Notes under the pieces: model-generated | The model's input: the letters and a program-made list of their open reading frames with translations, nothing else | Database searches by the model: none | Told to the model about the DNA's origin: nothing | In this document: positions 41,184 to 53,919 of the stretch, piece by piece | Numbering within the stretch: the stretch's first letter is position 1 | How the letters are laid out: each line of letters starts with the position of its first letter | Source of the DNA: Microthyrium microscopicum | Lineage: Eukaryota | DNA: 64,000 bases | Direction of reading: 5' to 3' | Assembly (NCBI GenBank): GCA_010405405.1 | Contig: MU004231.1 | Span: 2,713,923 to 2,777,922 of the forward strand | Translations under genes and position numbers: made by a program

Positions 41184-43533
41184 TGTCTAGAGGTGGATCA
41201 CGAACATAGGCTTTTAAGCTAATAATTTAGACTAACGAGAGATTTAGCACTTGTTTAAACACTATCTTAAAGGGTGTTCTCTAGTTTAGCTACTTCTTTA
41301 GGATCCTATTAAGTAGATATATTACTAAGCGAGCGAGTTTAGGCTATAACGTATCTAAAAGGCTACTTTATTATTTTAGTGCCCTTATAATAGATATTAG
41401 GATTTGTCCTAATACTTCTATAGAACTATTTTATAAAGCGATGTAAGGTATAGATAGTTCTTTAATAATACTATTTAGCTAGATCTCATTATTCTACTTC
41501 TTACCTATTATAGCCTTATAATCCCTATAGATTTAAAGGACCTTATATTTAATATTATCTACTTTATAATCTATATTCTTAATAATAGCAAGTACGTAGC
41601 GTAGGAATTAAATATAGTTTTCTTATATCTTTTAAGGAAGTATTTCTAATAGATAGAACTTTATAATGGTATAGTAAGTATAGATAATTTAGTAATCATT
41701 ATTATAGCCTTTCTTAACCTAAATTAAATTGATATAAAGCTTCTTAAAAGGCTTTAAGCCTAAATCTATTAGTTAATAAAAAATCTATTTTTTCTACTTT
41801 ATTTTAATATAGATTTTATAGAAATAGTCATTATTTTTAGTATCTTTAGAAAGGGTAACGTTTAGAGTAATTTTTATGCCTTTAGTAACGTATTCTATAT
41901 AAGATATTATAGCTTTACTAATATAACCTATTTATTAGTACTATTTAGATATAGAAGCTATAAAAGTATAAGAAAGTAATAATATTATAGAGAAAGTATA
42001 GTAAGGATTGTTTTTAAAAAGGAAGTAAATATTAGAAAGGATAATCTTAGTTAGAAGCTTTTCTATTTTAATGTGCCTAATCTAGCCTATTTTGTTGTTT
42101 TAGCAATATCTTATAGCTTTTATTCTATAATAGAAAGCTAAATTCTTATAGAAGCTAGGTATATAAGCAACGTTATAGAGAGTAACTATTTAGTGTCCTT
42201 TAGGGCCTAAAATAGTAATATCTATATTGCTATATCCTATAACTTATAAGGAGACTCTATTATAGATTAAAGAACTAAGAATACTCTTATATATCTTAAA
42301 ATAAGATTTATTATTATAAATATATATATTTACTCTAGAATTAAGAATAAACCTTCTATTAGGAGATATTTTAACTACTATAGACATTATAACTCTTATA
42401 ACTACTATTCTAATATTTATATATTTAATTATTTTAAGTAGTTAGTTATTATTATTATGCTCTTAATTATAACTTATTTTAAGGATATAATTAACTCTTA
42501 CTTTAAGCTAAGGATTCTTAAGGCTTTCCTTAATTTTTACTTCTACTTTAAGGTTAGGATACTATCTATTTAGATATTTATTAGGTTAAAGATAGAAATA
42601 ATTATTATAATATTCCGTCTTACTATAAAGATAAGAAAAAACTATCTTTTTATTCTTTTAAGAACTCTATAATCTAGACGTTAAGGAAGGTTAATAAGCG
42701 TTTATATTTAAGGAAGTCTTCTTAAATTAAGATATCTCTTTCTAAATCTTTTTATTAAGGGTAGTTATAAAAGTAATACTAGATTATAATACTAGTATAG
42801 TTTTCTTACTATAAATAGTCTAATACTTCTTAATATACTCTAAAAAAGTAAGTTATTTACTTTTTATATAATAATAAGTAAACTATATCTAGGTACTAAA
42901 GTAGAAAGCTTAAGTAGCATCTATAAAGGTATTTATAAGCTATTTCTTAGAAATTTCATCCTTATTATAAAGAGAACTTTTTCTTTAAAGGAATATCTAG
43001 TAAATTAGCTAAAGTTATAGTTCTTATTATTTATACCCCTTCCTTAAGGTATTAAATTCTTTATCTAACTTTAAGATTATGCTAGTTTAGGAAAGATAAA
43101 TACCTTTCTAAAGTACTTAAAGTATATCTTAAGCCTTAAAGATATTAGTAACGTAATTTTAAAAATTTTTAGATACTATCTTATTTAGGAAGTCGTTAAT
43201 CTTAACTATAGCGTTTTTAGTGTTTTAGTACTCTTAGTAGTCTAAATTATATATCTATAATAGGATATTATATTCTTAAGCAAGAATTAACTCTACTATT
43301 TAAATAAGTTAATCCTTACTATTCTCTATAGATACTTAAGAAATAGTAAATTCTACTAAGCGTATTTTAGATAGACGTACTAGTTCTTTTAGAAGAGAAC
43401 TAGTTCCTTCTAGATTAATATAATCCTACATATCTAGAGCGTATACTTACTATTTTATAGAGTTAATCTAGATATACTAGTTATTATTATTCTTTAATAT
43501 AACTATTATAAGGAGATCTCTAATAGTTACTAT
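41184..43533 (-). pseudogene. Copia gag-pol (gag, protease, integrase), RIP-degenerate and interrupted
   Basis: Motifs as listed for the element. Probable start codon (ATG>ATA) at 43,533. Confidence 0.8.
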
Positions 43534-45332
43534 TTTTATTAATTCTTCTATAAGATTTATATAGTATACTTAAGAATAATACCTAGCTTTCTATAAGGAC
43601 TAATATCTTTAATATCGCTCTAATTAAGAGGTAGGAACGCTACTACTATATTAAGTTATTATAGCTTATTCCTTTAGCTTAGTAGGCTATTTTAGAGATT
43701 CTTCTAATTTAGAGGAATTATCTTAATATATAGAAGAAGAAGAAGAAGAGGTAGAGAAAAAGAGAAAGAAAGTATTTTATACCCCTAAGGATTAAGGGAT
43801 TACCTATTTAGATAATTTACATTAAGTCTATTTAGAAAGAGTATATATAAGCTTATAATAAGTACTTCTTAGTAGGTTATTACTTCATTTAGGAGATACT
43901 ATCTTAGTGTCTCTATACTTTTATTTAAGAAATACTACCTTAGTATAGAGAAAGAAGAAGAAGAGAAAGAGAATAAGTAAGAAAAGAAAGATATTTATAC
44001 CTTTTAAGCCTTTAAGATTTCCTCTTTAGGTAGTTTAGGCCTAGCGTTATATCTCTCTACTTAAGAATAGAATATAGAATAATTAGATACTTATATATCT
44101 TTACTAAATACTTTTTCTACTCTACTTAAGAATAAAACATAGAATAATTAAATACTTATATATCTTTACTAAATATACCTTCTAGTTATAGCGTACTAAG
44201 CCTAGACTAAAGTGCTAAGGTTAAGTTAATAGTAGTAGAATTACTAATAATATTCTATAGAAATTTAAAACGTACTTAAAAGTAGTATAGGTTTTAGTAC
44301 TACTATAGCTAAGATAGTAAAGAGGTTAAGTCCTTAAAGTTAAGGAATAATAATAACGATTTATATAACACTAATAGTAAGTTTCTCTAAAAAACCTACT
44401 TAGTAGCTTAAGTCTATAAGAAAGAAAGCAGTAAGTATAGTAATATAGTCGCCATTAAAGAGTTAAAAGGCGTTATCTAGTACTACTAATACTAAGGCTA
44501 TTAGCGTACTAAGATAGTAAAGAGGTTAAGTCCTTAAAGGTAAGGACTATTAATAGTTAAATCCTTAAAATTAAGAAAGCGATAGTAATAAAAAAACTAT
44601 TAAAGACTAGAGGACTAAATAGTAACTAAAAATAGTAAGAAGTATTGCTTATACTTTACCTCTATAAATACTAAGGCTATTAGCATATTTTAGTATTACT
44701 AATGCTAAGGCTATTAGCGTATTAAGAGTTTAAGGGAGTAATAGCTTTTAAAAAACTATTAAGATTAAGAATATGTTAGAAACTTAATAGTAAAGGTTAT
44801 ATAAACGCTAAATATAGTAAGAAGAGTACTAGTAAAGGCGTAAAGCTTAAAGTACGTAATAAAGAAGAGAAGAAGAAGAGAAAGAGAGAAAAGGATTAAA
44901 AAATATTTATACCTTTAAGATTTATAAAATTACCTTTTTAGGCGATTTTCTAATTTAATTTACTAATTCCTTACTCTTTCTTACTATTAAATAATATAGT
45001 AAGGTTTTCTTATTACTTCCTAATAATTTAAATAAGTATTATAAATAGTAAAGTAATAGAGAGAAATATAAATTACTATAGAAGAAGATAAATAAAGTAA
45101 AGTGCTTCTTAACTTTAACCTAAAGGAGTAGTAGCTCTAAAGAGTAGTTCTAGCTTTAGTAATAATTATAAGTTTAGAAGTAACGTTATAAATTGATTCA
45201 TAACTTAATAAGTAAGTTTTAATATTAAAACTAGTATATAGTAATAGCTAAAATTTAGGAAATTATAATAATATAGTTTATAAAAGATTTACGTATAGAA
45301 TAATAAAATAATAAAAATATATTAGAATATTA

Positions 45333-45637
45333 GGCTTATAACTAACGAAATATAATTTATATAGCTTAGGAAATATAGAATTAGTAAAAGGAATATTAAA
45401 GAATCTAATTAACTAACTACTATAATAACTATAGTATTTATATCTTATTAAAAACGTAAAACGTATTTTCTTAAAGCCTAGAATTTAGGCTATAATAAAG
45501 GTAAAAGTAATATATAGAAAGGGATAGAAAAGGCAAAAAGATATAATAGCCAATAGAGGCCGAATTTTAGTGTTTCCGCTTCCTAATCCTAGATTAGGAC
45601 TAGCGCAGATCTAGGGTTTGGAACGAACCTTCTGTCA
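45333..45637 (-). repeat. Probable 5' LTR (~45,345-45,637) and primer-binding site (45,333-45,344) of the left Copia
   Basis: Minus strand tagttataagcc de-RIPs to TGGTTATGAGCC, a Copia-type tRNA-Met PBS. Candidate LTR start TGACAG at 45,637, where composition changes. No second LTR is available to confirm. Confidence 0.55.
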
Positions 45638-45648
45638 TCTGGATTCAC

Positions 45649-45668
45649 ACGCGTTGGCCTGTGACGTA
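45649..45668 (+). promoter_or_regulatory. MCB-like ACGCGT and CRE-like TGACGT upstream of NDC1
   Basis: ACGCGT at 45,649-45,654 and TGACGT at ~45,663, about 200 bp before the NDC1 ATG. Motif match only. Confidence 0.35.
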
Positions 45669-45858
45669 GGAGAAACTGAGCTAATCTACAAAGAGTAAGT
45701 AGCTTACACGCTAGTACCCTAGCTTCAACCTTAAATCCAGGACAGCAACACCACCAAACTTTTGGTTGCTCCCAGTAAACACGACTTGACGACCTTCACA
45801 AACCATGACTTTGCCATAGACTTTCTCCCACAACATCTCTCTTCGCATCCCTCTCACG

Positions 45859-48070
45859 ATGGCTCCACCGCCTGGTGTCAAACCTCGGCCCTATCGCAAC
45901 TTTCTCCTCCCCGCCCTTCATCGACAATATGTGCACGCCGCGTTATTGTCCCTGGCCGCATGCTATCCTCCCGCAGTTGTGTTGAACAATGCCGAGTCCA
46001 GTACGTCTTAAACCGACAATACATCTAGCATAAATCGCTAATAGGTTCGCAGTGTTCTGGCGCATAGTACCGTCTGCTATATTATGGACTTTCATTGTTT
46101 TCATCGTTGCGAACATGGGCCTCTTTCTAGTTCGCCTGGAAGCGATGCAATGTAAGTCCATCTTCACCTTCCGTGCTTCGAAGCACTAACATTTCCCAGC
46201 AGGTCCAACTACATTGTCTCTACTCCAACGAATTCGAAGCTCCATCTTTACCCGCGTTCCATACCTTACATTTGGCTGGTACCTCTTTTCTGCAGTCGCA
46301 TTTGCCGAACTCTACGTTTTGTCAGCTCCTACTGAGAGCAAACTATACTTTGTGTATGAAGGACGGCACAATGAGCGCGATCAACTAAACGAAGGTGGGA
46401 TCTTCTTCAGATCTCTTTTTCCCATCCTGGCTTTTGTTCAAATTGCAATGCATCTGTGGTACAAGCAGAGCCAACTCGACTTGCCCTTGGACAAACTGGA
46501 CGTGACCGGACCCAAGACTGCATCACAAATTGTTAATATCAATACTGTGCTCAGCATAGGTCTCGAGTCGCTAACCAAAAGCGCTATGGCTGCTGGAATT
46601 GGCATGTTCAGCTACTTCGCATTTACCCGTCAATCGTTGTTCGAGTTTTGGTTGAACATTTTCAGATTTCAGGGATGGAACTTCTCCAGAAATGTCTATC
46701 CGAGGGGTGTAGACCATATCCACGTAGTTCTGATAAGATTCATCTTTGCTGGGTTCATGCTCACCTTCCTATGGGCCTTTACAAATCGCGCATTTTCAGC
46801 CTACATGGTAGAACAACCACTAAAAAAAGGCCAGCCTCTGACAAACGACTCTAAGGATCCAAACGGAAGCTTGATTCAAGGTCTAACTGAGAGACGTGGT
46901 CGGTTTAGGGTAAGCCTTCTTCATAACGCGAGTAGAGCTAGTCACTAATGACAACAGAGTCGAGCTTTCTGGGAGCTTTCCCTTATCAGCAATCAATTCG
47001 AGGCGCGCCGCAAGACCATATTCACCGAACTCGATCGCACTGGCAAAAGCTCATGGTCGCAAATCTACACTATCTGCACCGCAGAAATCAAGGATATCAA
47101 TGCCCGCATTGGAGCTTACAACGCATCACTTCAACCATCTACCCCAGAAAAGCTTCCGGAAAAGGAAAGACTTCCCGCATATGTCAAGAAGACTGCTACA
47201 AAAGATGATGAACTCTATTCAAAAGCAATAATGCGTAAGTCACTAAGCGAAAGTGCTGGAGAAAAGCTTGGGAATATTGTCAAGGGAAACAGTCCAGGGG
47301 CCGCCAATCCGGCTCTTCAATACGCGGACTATATGCTGCCAGACAAAGCGCGTGCAGAATTGAATCCAGAGGCATTAAGAGAGCGTGCCAGCGGATGGGT
47401 TGCATGGCTTCTTCGCACTCGCTATGCTGCTCCATTCGTCCAGACCTTCGTCATGAAAACCACTGCAATTATATGTGGCTCACCGGAAAGCAACGCAAGC
47501 ATCATCATTGATGCCATCCAGGCCATAACCGCCCTGGCTCAGCACAGTATTTCCGAAGACTCACCTGGTCAGGTTCAAAAAGACCTTCCCGCTCTTGCTC
47601 GGCTCCTGGCTGAGACCATTACCAATATCCAAACCTTCCTCAGAACCGCATCACCGCATTGGACAGACGTTAATTTCTATGAAGCCCAGCGGCAGCAAGT
47701 TACTGAAGTTGAGACGGTCGTGGCCGCCCTTAGAGAGGGTCTTGAGACCATCATTCGCTCTTTTGGTGAATACTTTGGAACTCTAGGGATCAAGCCCAAC
47801 GAACGAAGAGATTGGACCCGTCTCCTTGGTGACTCGGAGCTCTTGGAAACGGCTCGCTCGCGTGGGCCTAGCCAGCCCATTGCTGCAACACGGACGCCAT
47901 TGAAGGAACGCGTTAGAAATGCGTATCGTTCTCGATCCCGTAGTCCGGCTCGAGCGCGACACCCTCGGAAGCCACCAATGGAACAAGTAGAGCCTGCGCC
48001 TGCACCACGACGAGGTCAAGCGCCAACTGTAGAGTCGGAGCTTGAAGAAGATCCGTTCTTGGCTGCATGA
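45859..48070 (+). CDS. NDC1: Nucleoporin Ndc1/Cut11 (4 exons: 45859-46000, 46053-46151, 46200/46203-46909, 46958-48070)
   Basis: N-terminal RPYRNFLLPALHR, several TM helices, PLKKGQPLTNDSKDPNGSLIQGL, AFWEL..IS......R..IF and SISEDSPGQVQKDL. GT-AG introns with CTAA branch sites join the track ORFs in frame. Confidence 0.93.
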
Positions 48071-48394
48071 ACGGAAAAATGTACGATGTGTAGAGATGAC
48101 TGTCTGTGGAATATTCGCTTCGCTCAGGAACTTGTTTATGGCATAGCGGGCGGAGTCAAAATGTTATTTATGTAATTGTATGAATGGCAATCTGACATCT
48201 TGCGTTCACCAAAGATCGCGTCTTCCATCACAGGCACCAGCCTTATCACCATAAACGCAATGAACGCCATCAAGTATCACACAGTGTGCAGCAGACATGT
48301 CTCCGAAACAGATTGATATCAAAAGCATTTACATTCAATACCCAGCATCGAACCACATTAACTCCAACCAACTATTTCAAACTCCCTCAAGACT

Positions 48395-49015
48395 TCAATC
48401 CGGCAAATTATAAACACTCAAATCCGTCCCCAACCCAGCACTAGCCCACACAATCCCCGTCTTATCCGGCCCAAACATCAACAACTTCCTCTCCCCCCGA
48501 TTCTCAAATCCCAACTTCTCCGCCACCCTTGCACTAGCCGCATTCCTCTCGTTCACAAACGCCACAACCCCCGGCAACTGCAACTCACCAGTAACATAAT
48601 CTAGCATCGCCTTTGCGCCCTCCGTCGCATAGCCCTGTCCATTATATGCTTCTAGTACGCTGAACCCAACATCGGGAATCGTGAGTGCTTTGTCGTCGTC
48701 TCCGCGTACCATGCTTATCAGACCGATTGGCTCACACTCCTCCACAGGGGTGTTGTGGGTGGGTCTAAGAAACATGAGACAGCGTCCATAATGGTCAGCA
48801 TGATATTGCGGGACACAGCGCGCGCGGATGAAGGCGGCTGCTTTGGCGGGTGTGTCGAGGGTCGATTTTCCTTCATATTTTGCGAAGAGGGGCTCGTTGA
48901 ATAGTTTCACTAGGAAGGCGGTGTGGATTGGGTTGTCGGGGTCGATAAATGTTAGATATGTCCTAGGTGTGGAGAGGAGAAAGGGGGGGATTGGTTTGGA
49001 GGCCGGTTCTGTCAT
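48395..49015 (-). CDS. GNAT N-acetyltransferase (RimJ/RimL, Acetyltransf_3)
   Basis: 206-aa ORF with PDVGFSVL..YNGQGYATEGA and NERNAASARVAEKLGF motifs. Confidence 0.9.
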   Translation of the reverse strand: MTEPASKPIPPFLLSTPRTYLTFIDPDNPIHTAFLVKLFNEPLFAKYEGKSTLDTPAKAAAFIRARCVPQYHADHYGRCLMFLRPTHNTPVEECEPIGLISMVRGDDDKALTIPDVGFSVLEAYNGQGYATEGAKAMLDYVTGELQLPGVVAFVNERNAASARVAEKLGFENRGERKLLMFGPDKTGIVWASAGLGTDLSVYNLPD

Positions 49016-49325
49016 GGTAGTGATTATCGATGGTAGTGGCGTTGCCGTGTCTAGTTCTTAGGAGCTGGGGAGAATGCGAGTTATATCAACTTTCCAGCTT
49101 TATATGGGACGATACTTGTGTGGCCGAGAGTTATACCGAGATTGTGGACGTAGAGCGATTGGGAGGGGGATGGCACCAGGGCTTGATCGTTATTCACAGG
49201 ATATGTTACCTGAAAGTGACTTAGAAATCCTTCGAAATCCTTCGAAATCCTTTCTTTCGTTGGTCCTTCATGTAGTGCAAATCGTGCACGTTATTATTAG
49301 ATATGTGGTGTGACGGTACCTTTAC

Positions 49326-51566
49326 CTACATGGCTGATCCTGGAGGCAGATCACCAGAAGTCTGGCGACTAGGAGCCTTTTGCACTTTCAGTGGTTGTGG
49401 AATGAGATATCCAGTAGTCGGACTGTCTACTGTTTCAGACAATCGAGTTTCCTCGGAAAGCTCGCCATAGTCCGAAGGGCTCCGTATAGGTGCCATGTCC
49501 TTGGACTTTGTATCAGTGTCTTGAGAATATGCTTGTGGTTGTGAATAGGGACATGGTGCTTCTTGAAGACCTTGAGGTGACGGGATCTGATAATACCCTT
49601 GCAGTGGAGAGATAAGGGGAACTAATGCGGAGGGCGATTGTGGTCCTCCTGGAACCTGATAAGCTGGATGTGTATAAAATTGCACCAGAGTGCCATTGGG
49701 TGGTGGGTTCTGATGGTCGAAAAGAATGCGGTTTGGAATGTTCTGCGGCTCTGGTGGACGATTGTCTGGAGAGTCGGACTGATCCGAATTCAGTGACGGA
49801 TATGCCGCGGACGGCGATTTCTGTTCCATTTCCACTGGCGGCTTCCCATCTTGTACCTGAACTAGGTTGTTGATATCAGGTGTAATGCTGGTTGGCAATT
49901 CTTGCCTAGAGATATGCCCTGATCTCAAGAATTTGGATGGCCTCCGGCGACACAGGCAGCAAACCGCCAAAGTTATAAGGGACAGAAAGAGTATTCCGCC
50001 TATCACTGATCCGGCAATGACTCCTGATCGTCTGGATCCTGTGAGAGCTGCATGATCTGACGTACCAGTTGCTGAGGGTATGACACGAGTTGCTGTCCTG
50101 CTTGCAAAATGAGGTATTCGCGAGAAATACGCACCCAAATCTCGATTATCCCAGTTCAGCGGTTTTTGAAGAGTAGCGCCTCCTGAAGGCCTGTTCGTGT
50201 TAGCCATTGATCACTTCTTAAGTGAGTGATGAACTCACCCGCCCCCAATCTTCGCTATGACTTCTGAAGGGACATGATACTCAGTAAGATTAGGATAATA
50301 CAAGTCCCATACACTATCGCCAGGGCCGTTCTTTCCAAGATTGAGATTTCGTGTACCCCAAATATTTGGTAAGTCACAGGACGTTGGATCAGCGTCTGGT
50401 AACTGACCGCCGATGACAATCATCTGGAAGGGTTAGACAGGAACTCCGAAGCATATCGATTTCAATTACCTGTGTACGATTGATGACATTACAACTCATG
50501 CTGTGACGCGGATTACTCGGAGAGTTGGACCACCATTTTACCCAAGTGAAAGAAGGAAGCGAAAGAATATAGACATCGTCAAAGCCAGCTCCGTTTGGAG
50601 GTATGCCTAGCCCGCCATAGAGATATATATTGTACGAGCTGTGATCATTTGCCCAGGTGGCCCCAGCACAGAACCGTCTCCTCATATCTGGTATGTCACC
50701 AGAGGCGTTTTGAGAAATCCATTTGGATGTGATCAGGTCATAAACCCATATCGTATTCATTGGCGATCCGACCATTGTACCATTTCGGAATTGGTCAATG
50801 ATCCCACCAAAATGAATCAGCATGCCATTGTCAGAGGCGGGAATGAATACCAAAACACCTTCAGCTCGAGCGTTCATGTCGGGTCCGGAAGTATTTGTCA
50901 TTTTTCCAGTATTGAAGTCAAAGCGAATCAATCCTGGAGTCGCCTGCTGGCCAACAAAACCTGGATTTGTGCCGTTGTTGATCCATCCCCCTAGATAATA
51001 GCCTTCTCCTCGCTCTTCTGCAACTGCCGATGCTCCCCAAGACGTTTGACGGATAGACCATGGTGCTTTGGTATGATTCCATCGGTTCAATACCAAATCA
51101 TATATCGACAGACCATCTGCAGCCGTTACAAGGTCTTTACCGGAAGATTCGCCTCCAAATTGATATAGAAATTTGTTAACGCTGTCACCCCATAGCGCTC
51201 CACCTGTTACGGACAAGTCGGTCCGGTTTTTGGTAAGGTTACTGTATAGTTGTGGCATGCCATTCGCAGAGTTCATCGTAGTAAGGTCATTGTATAGAAG
51301 ATATCGATCTGTTATAGTTAGCATCTGAGAACAAGAACATCAGGACTCTAACTGGTCATATTTCGGAGAACGCCATTGCTTTGTGGCGAATAATTAACAA
51401 TACCCCCATTGATGTACAGCTTATGGTCGACGACCGAAGTTGAATGACCAAATCTTCTGCAAAAGCTGCTCAACGGGTCTCCTTGCCACCCCCGGCCTCG
51501 ATCGTTTCCATCGCATGATATCAAAGTAGATAGAACCAAGAATACAAGAGCGGAAAAAAGCATCAT
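49326..51566 (-). CDS. Secreted kelch/galactose-oxidase-repeat, single-TM cell-surface protein (exons 51566-51353, 51308-50470, 50423-50239, 50190-49326)
   Basis: Signal peptide, FCRRFGHSTSVVDHKLYINGG, kelch-like GG repeats (YQFGG, YYLGGW, RRRFCAG, IYLYGG), TM segment VIAGSVIGGILFLSLITLAVCC-RRR and a Pro/Ser/Gln-rich tail. Canonical introns link four track ORFs in frame. Confidence 0.88.
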
Positions 51567-52626
51567 GCTCTATACATGACCAGATCACACTGTCGGCGAA
51601 GAGAATGCCAGAAAGCTGCGCAGGGTCACTCAGAAGAAGTTGGCGTTCGGAAAGTGAGGACATGTCGAAGCCATCTCCAACGTGCAGAACGGGAGGCGCC
51701 ATACTGCCGGGAAATCATAGGTAGCACAGTTAAGATAGACAAGGCAGGACCAGAAATTTGTCGGACTTCTGTGCTCTAAACGATTCGGTCTTCGCCGTGC
51801 AAGTTACACAAAAGCACCACCATCGGAGCAGCAATTGGCCTAGATTGCTTCACAGGGTGGTTCGTAACACTCGCTTAGAGAAGTGCCGTGGTAGTGTTCA
51901 ACCTGTCCGTTCCACTGGAATGTGGTGTTAAGCGATGTACTTGCGTTATGCTTATAATACTACCAGGACTACCCAACTGGTGAAGAAGTTGAAGGCTTTA
52001 GCCGTTGTGCCTTCCATACCAAACAATAGGATTGTTGAGGCCACGTCTGATGGGGTAAACTTTTCTGATTAGCCTTGTACAAATATCTCTAACCACTTTT
52101 TACTGAATACGGATCTTGGCCGCCTTACAATTACAACCTGAGTTGACTTGGAGCAAAGAGGCTTAGAGATGAGTGTGATGTTTCCGGTAGTCTTGTGTGA
52201 GGACATTAAACTTCGCCCCGTAAGCATCTTCGTCATCTTGATTCATAAGCACGAAGTGCTCGAGGTTTCAACATGGGATGTAATCTCCAAAGTAGCCAAG
52301 TGCCCGTCCCGTGGTAAGAATCCGTACTTGACACAGCAATTCTGCCATCGAAAGCCGCCCCTGTAGAGCGATGTACCCCTCTTCTCTCAGTTGCCACTAA
52401 TTGCGCAGTATAACCTGCTGAAGAGACAACCTGGATTACAGCTGTTGTGTGCGATGTAGTTCATGAGCAGTTCCTTGCCGAAATTAATAGGGTTGATAGC
52501 GTTATGACAAGTTCGATTAGGGGACATCCCAGTTAGATATATTTTGTCCTTGGGGAACCGAAGAATGAGCCTAACAGCCGGATGTTATAGCCATTGATTG
52601 GCTATGATACTGGATGGCAGGTCTAT

Positions 52627-53919
52627 TCATGGACTCTGCAACAGTGGGACGGGTAGCAAACAGTCCAACTCATGCGCCAACTCTGCTATAGGTGCTGCTT
52701 CTAATTGTGGATCAAGTCGAGATGCGTTCTGAAGTAACTTTTCCCAACTTTCAATTCGGTGTAGCTCTAGTTCCTGAGAGCTGAGATCCAAGGCCACGTA
52801 GCTGGTATTCGATGGGATCCATTGTAAGTCCACGACAACGCCGTGCTTCACGCCAAGCTTAAATTCACCCTTCATAGGTTAATAAGGTTTTCTTATGGCA
52901 CGCGGCAGAGAAGCACTTACCATGGCTTTGGGATTTATTTTCAACCAAAATTGCGGTGTTTGCAAATATCTCCAGCTGTCCGACTTGACAAAGGTTAGTA
53001 AACGAGTAAACGTGATACTTGCCGTGTATACCTTGAGCTCTCCATAACCCTTCTCCACGCCCTCGATTGAGAGGCAACTGTCATCGACATCAATAACAGG
53101 ACTATCTGTCGTGCTGACTTCGTGTTGCTGACGAAACTCTGCTTCTACGATCTGAGAAAACAGTTTCCCATCCATTCCAATATTGGTAACCGGGGACCTC
53201 ACACTGTCTATGCCCTTCGCTTCAATCCATCCTTTCGCTGGAGATCGCAAAAACCAGGATATTTGTCCGAGATTTTTTGAGTCAAGCAGAGCAGTCCCGT
53301 GATGAAGCGCACGTTTTCGGGCAATTTTGAATGCGGAACCAGAAACCTTAAACGGTGTCGCTTCGGATCCAGTATATCTTGTGACGTGTGTGTCGTCTGC
53401 GTCCACGAGTTGTGCAGATTTGCCTTGATCCAAAACAATATCGTGCCTTTCATTCACGCGAGAACGTTCGATTCCTTGTCGTCGGAGAGCTCGAACAACC
53501 ATCTCGGCGGAGGTGTCGCGAGTGAAATCTTCAATATCGCAGGTCACGCTCCAATTGACATTTCCATGGTCGTGGAATACTGCTCCACCGCCAGATCTTC
53601 GACGAACAAAATCAAAGTCCATTCCATGTGGAAGCTTGCCTTCTCGGTATGCGTGCAGGTTGATCTCAAGCCATGGGTTCTGATTTCTGCCGATGATCAC
53701 ACAAGGTCTGTTGACGTAGAGAAAAAGAACTCTTGTGCCTCTCGGCGCATTTTGAAAAATGTAATGTTCAATGGAAAGATTGAGAAATGGGTCATCAGAA
53801 AAAGATCTGAAAACAAGTCCAGACAGCTTTGTCTCACTAATTGATGACAGGGAGGAGCTATAGCGCACCCTCTGGCGCAAGGAGATCGTTTTCACATTCC
53901 GAAGTATCGATGGAAACAT
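52627..53919 (-). CDS. AIM22: Mitochondrial lipoate-protein ligase A-like / lipoyltransferase (exons 53919-53032, 52983-52921, 52869-52627)
   Basis: DPFLNLSIE, CVIIGRNQNPWLE, RRRSGGGAVFHD.GN, KVSGSAFK, HHGT and SVRSPVTN motifs, with a basic mitochondrial-type presequence. Introns predicted from GT/AG and branch sites. Confidence 0.9.

Larger units (their letters stand above)
41184..45637 (-). mobile_element. Ty1/Copia LTR retrotransposon, 5' half (LTR-gag-PR-IN), truncated by the nested insertion
   Basis: De-RIP motifs on minus: gag DDWHIWINSIK..A...DMWDYINP (~43,490-43,420), CLCG..H knuckle (~42,630), protease FILDSGAN.HICND (~42,350-42,310), WHQQMGHI (~41,940), PFEKLHIDL (~41,750), PY..SQNGS (~41,445), YLLNRIP..TPF...PDLS..RIIGSKAYVRD (~41,320-41,195). 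RT and RNase H are absent. Confidence 0.9.
1..45640. other. AT-rich, heavily RIP-mutated repeat block
   Basis: CpA/TpG nearly absent and TpA in large excess. Relic frames have TAA/TAG where Gln/Trp/Arg codons are expected. Almost no ORFs in the track. Composition switches abruptly to normal near 45,550-45,640. Confidence 0.95.

Noticed and set aside
49224..49253. (GAAATCCTTC)x3 as a heat-shock element
   Set aside because: GAA/TTC spacing does not fit nGAAn inverted arrays; likely a simple micro-duplication.
52148..52530. Short ORFs between the kelch gene and AIM22
   Set aside because: No recognisable domain, and the best minus frame has an internal stop.
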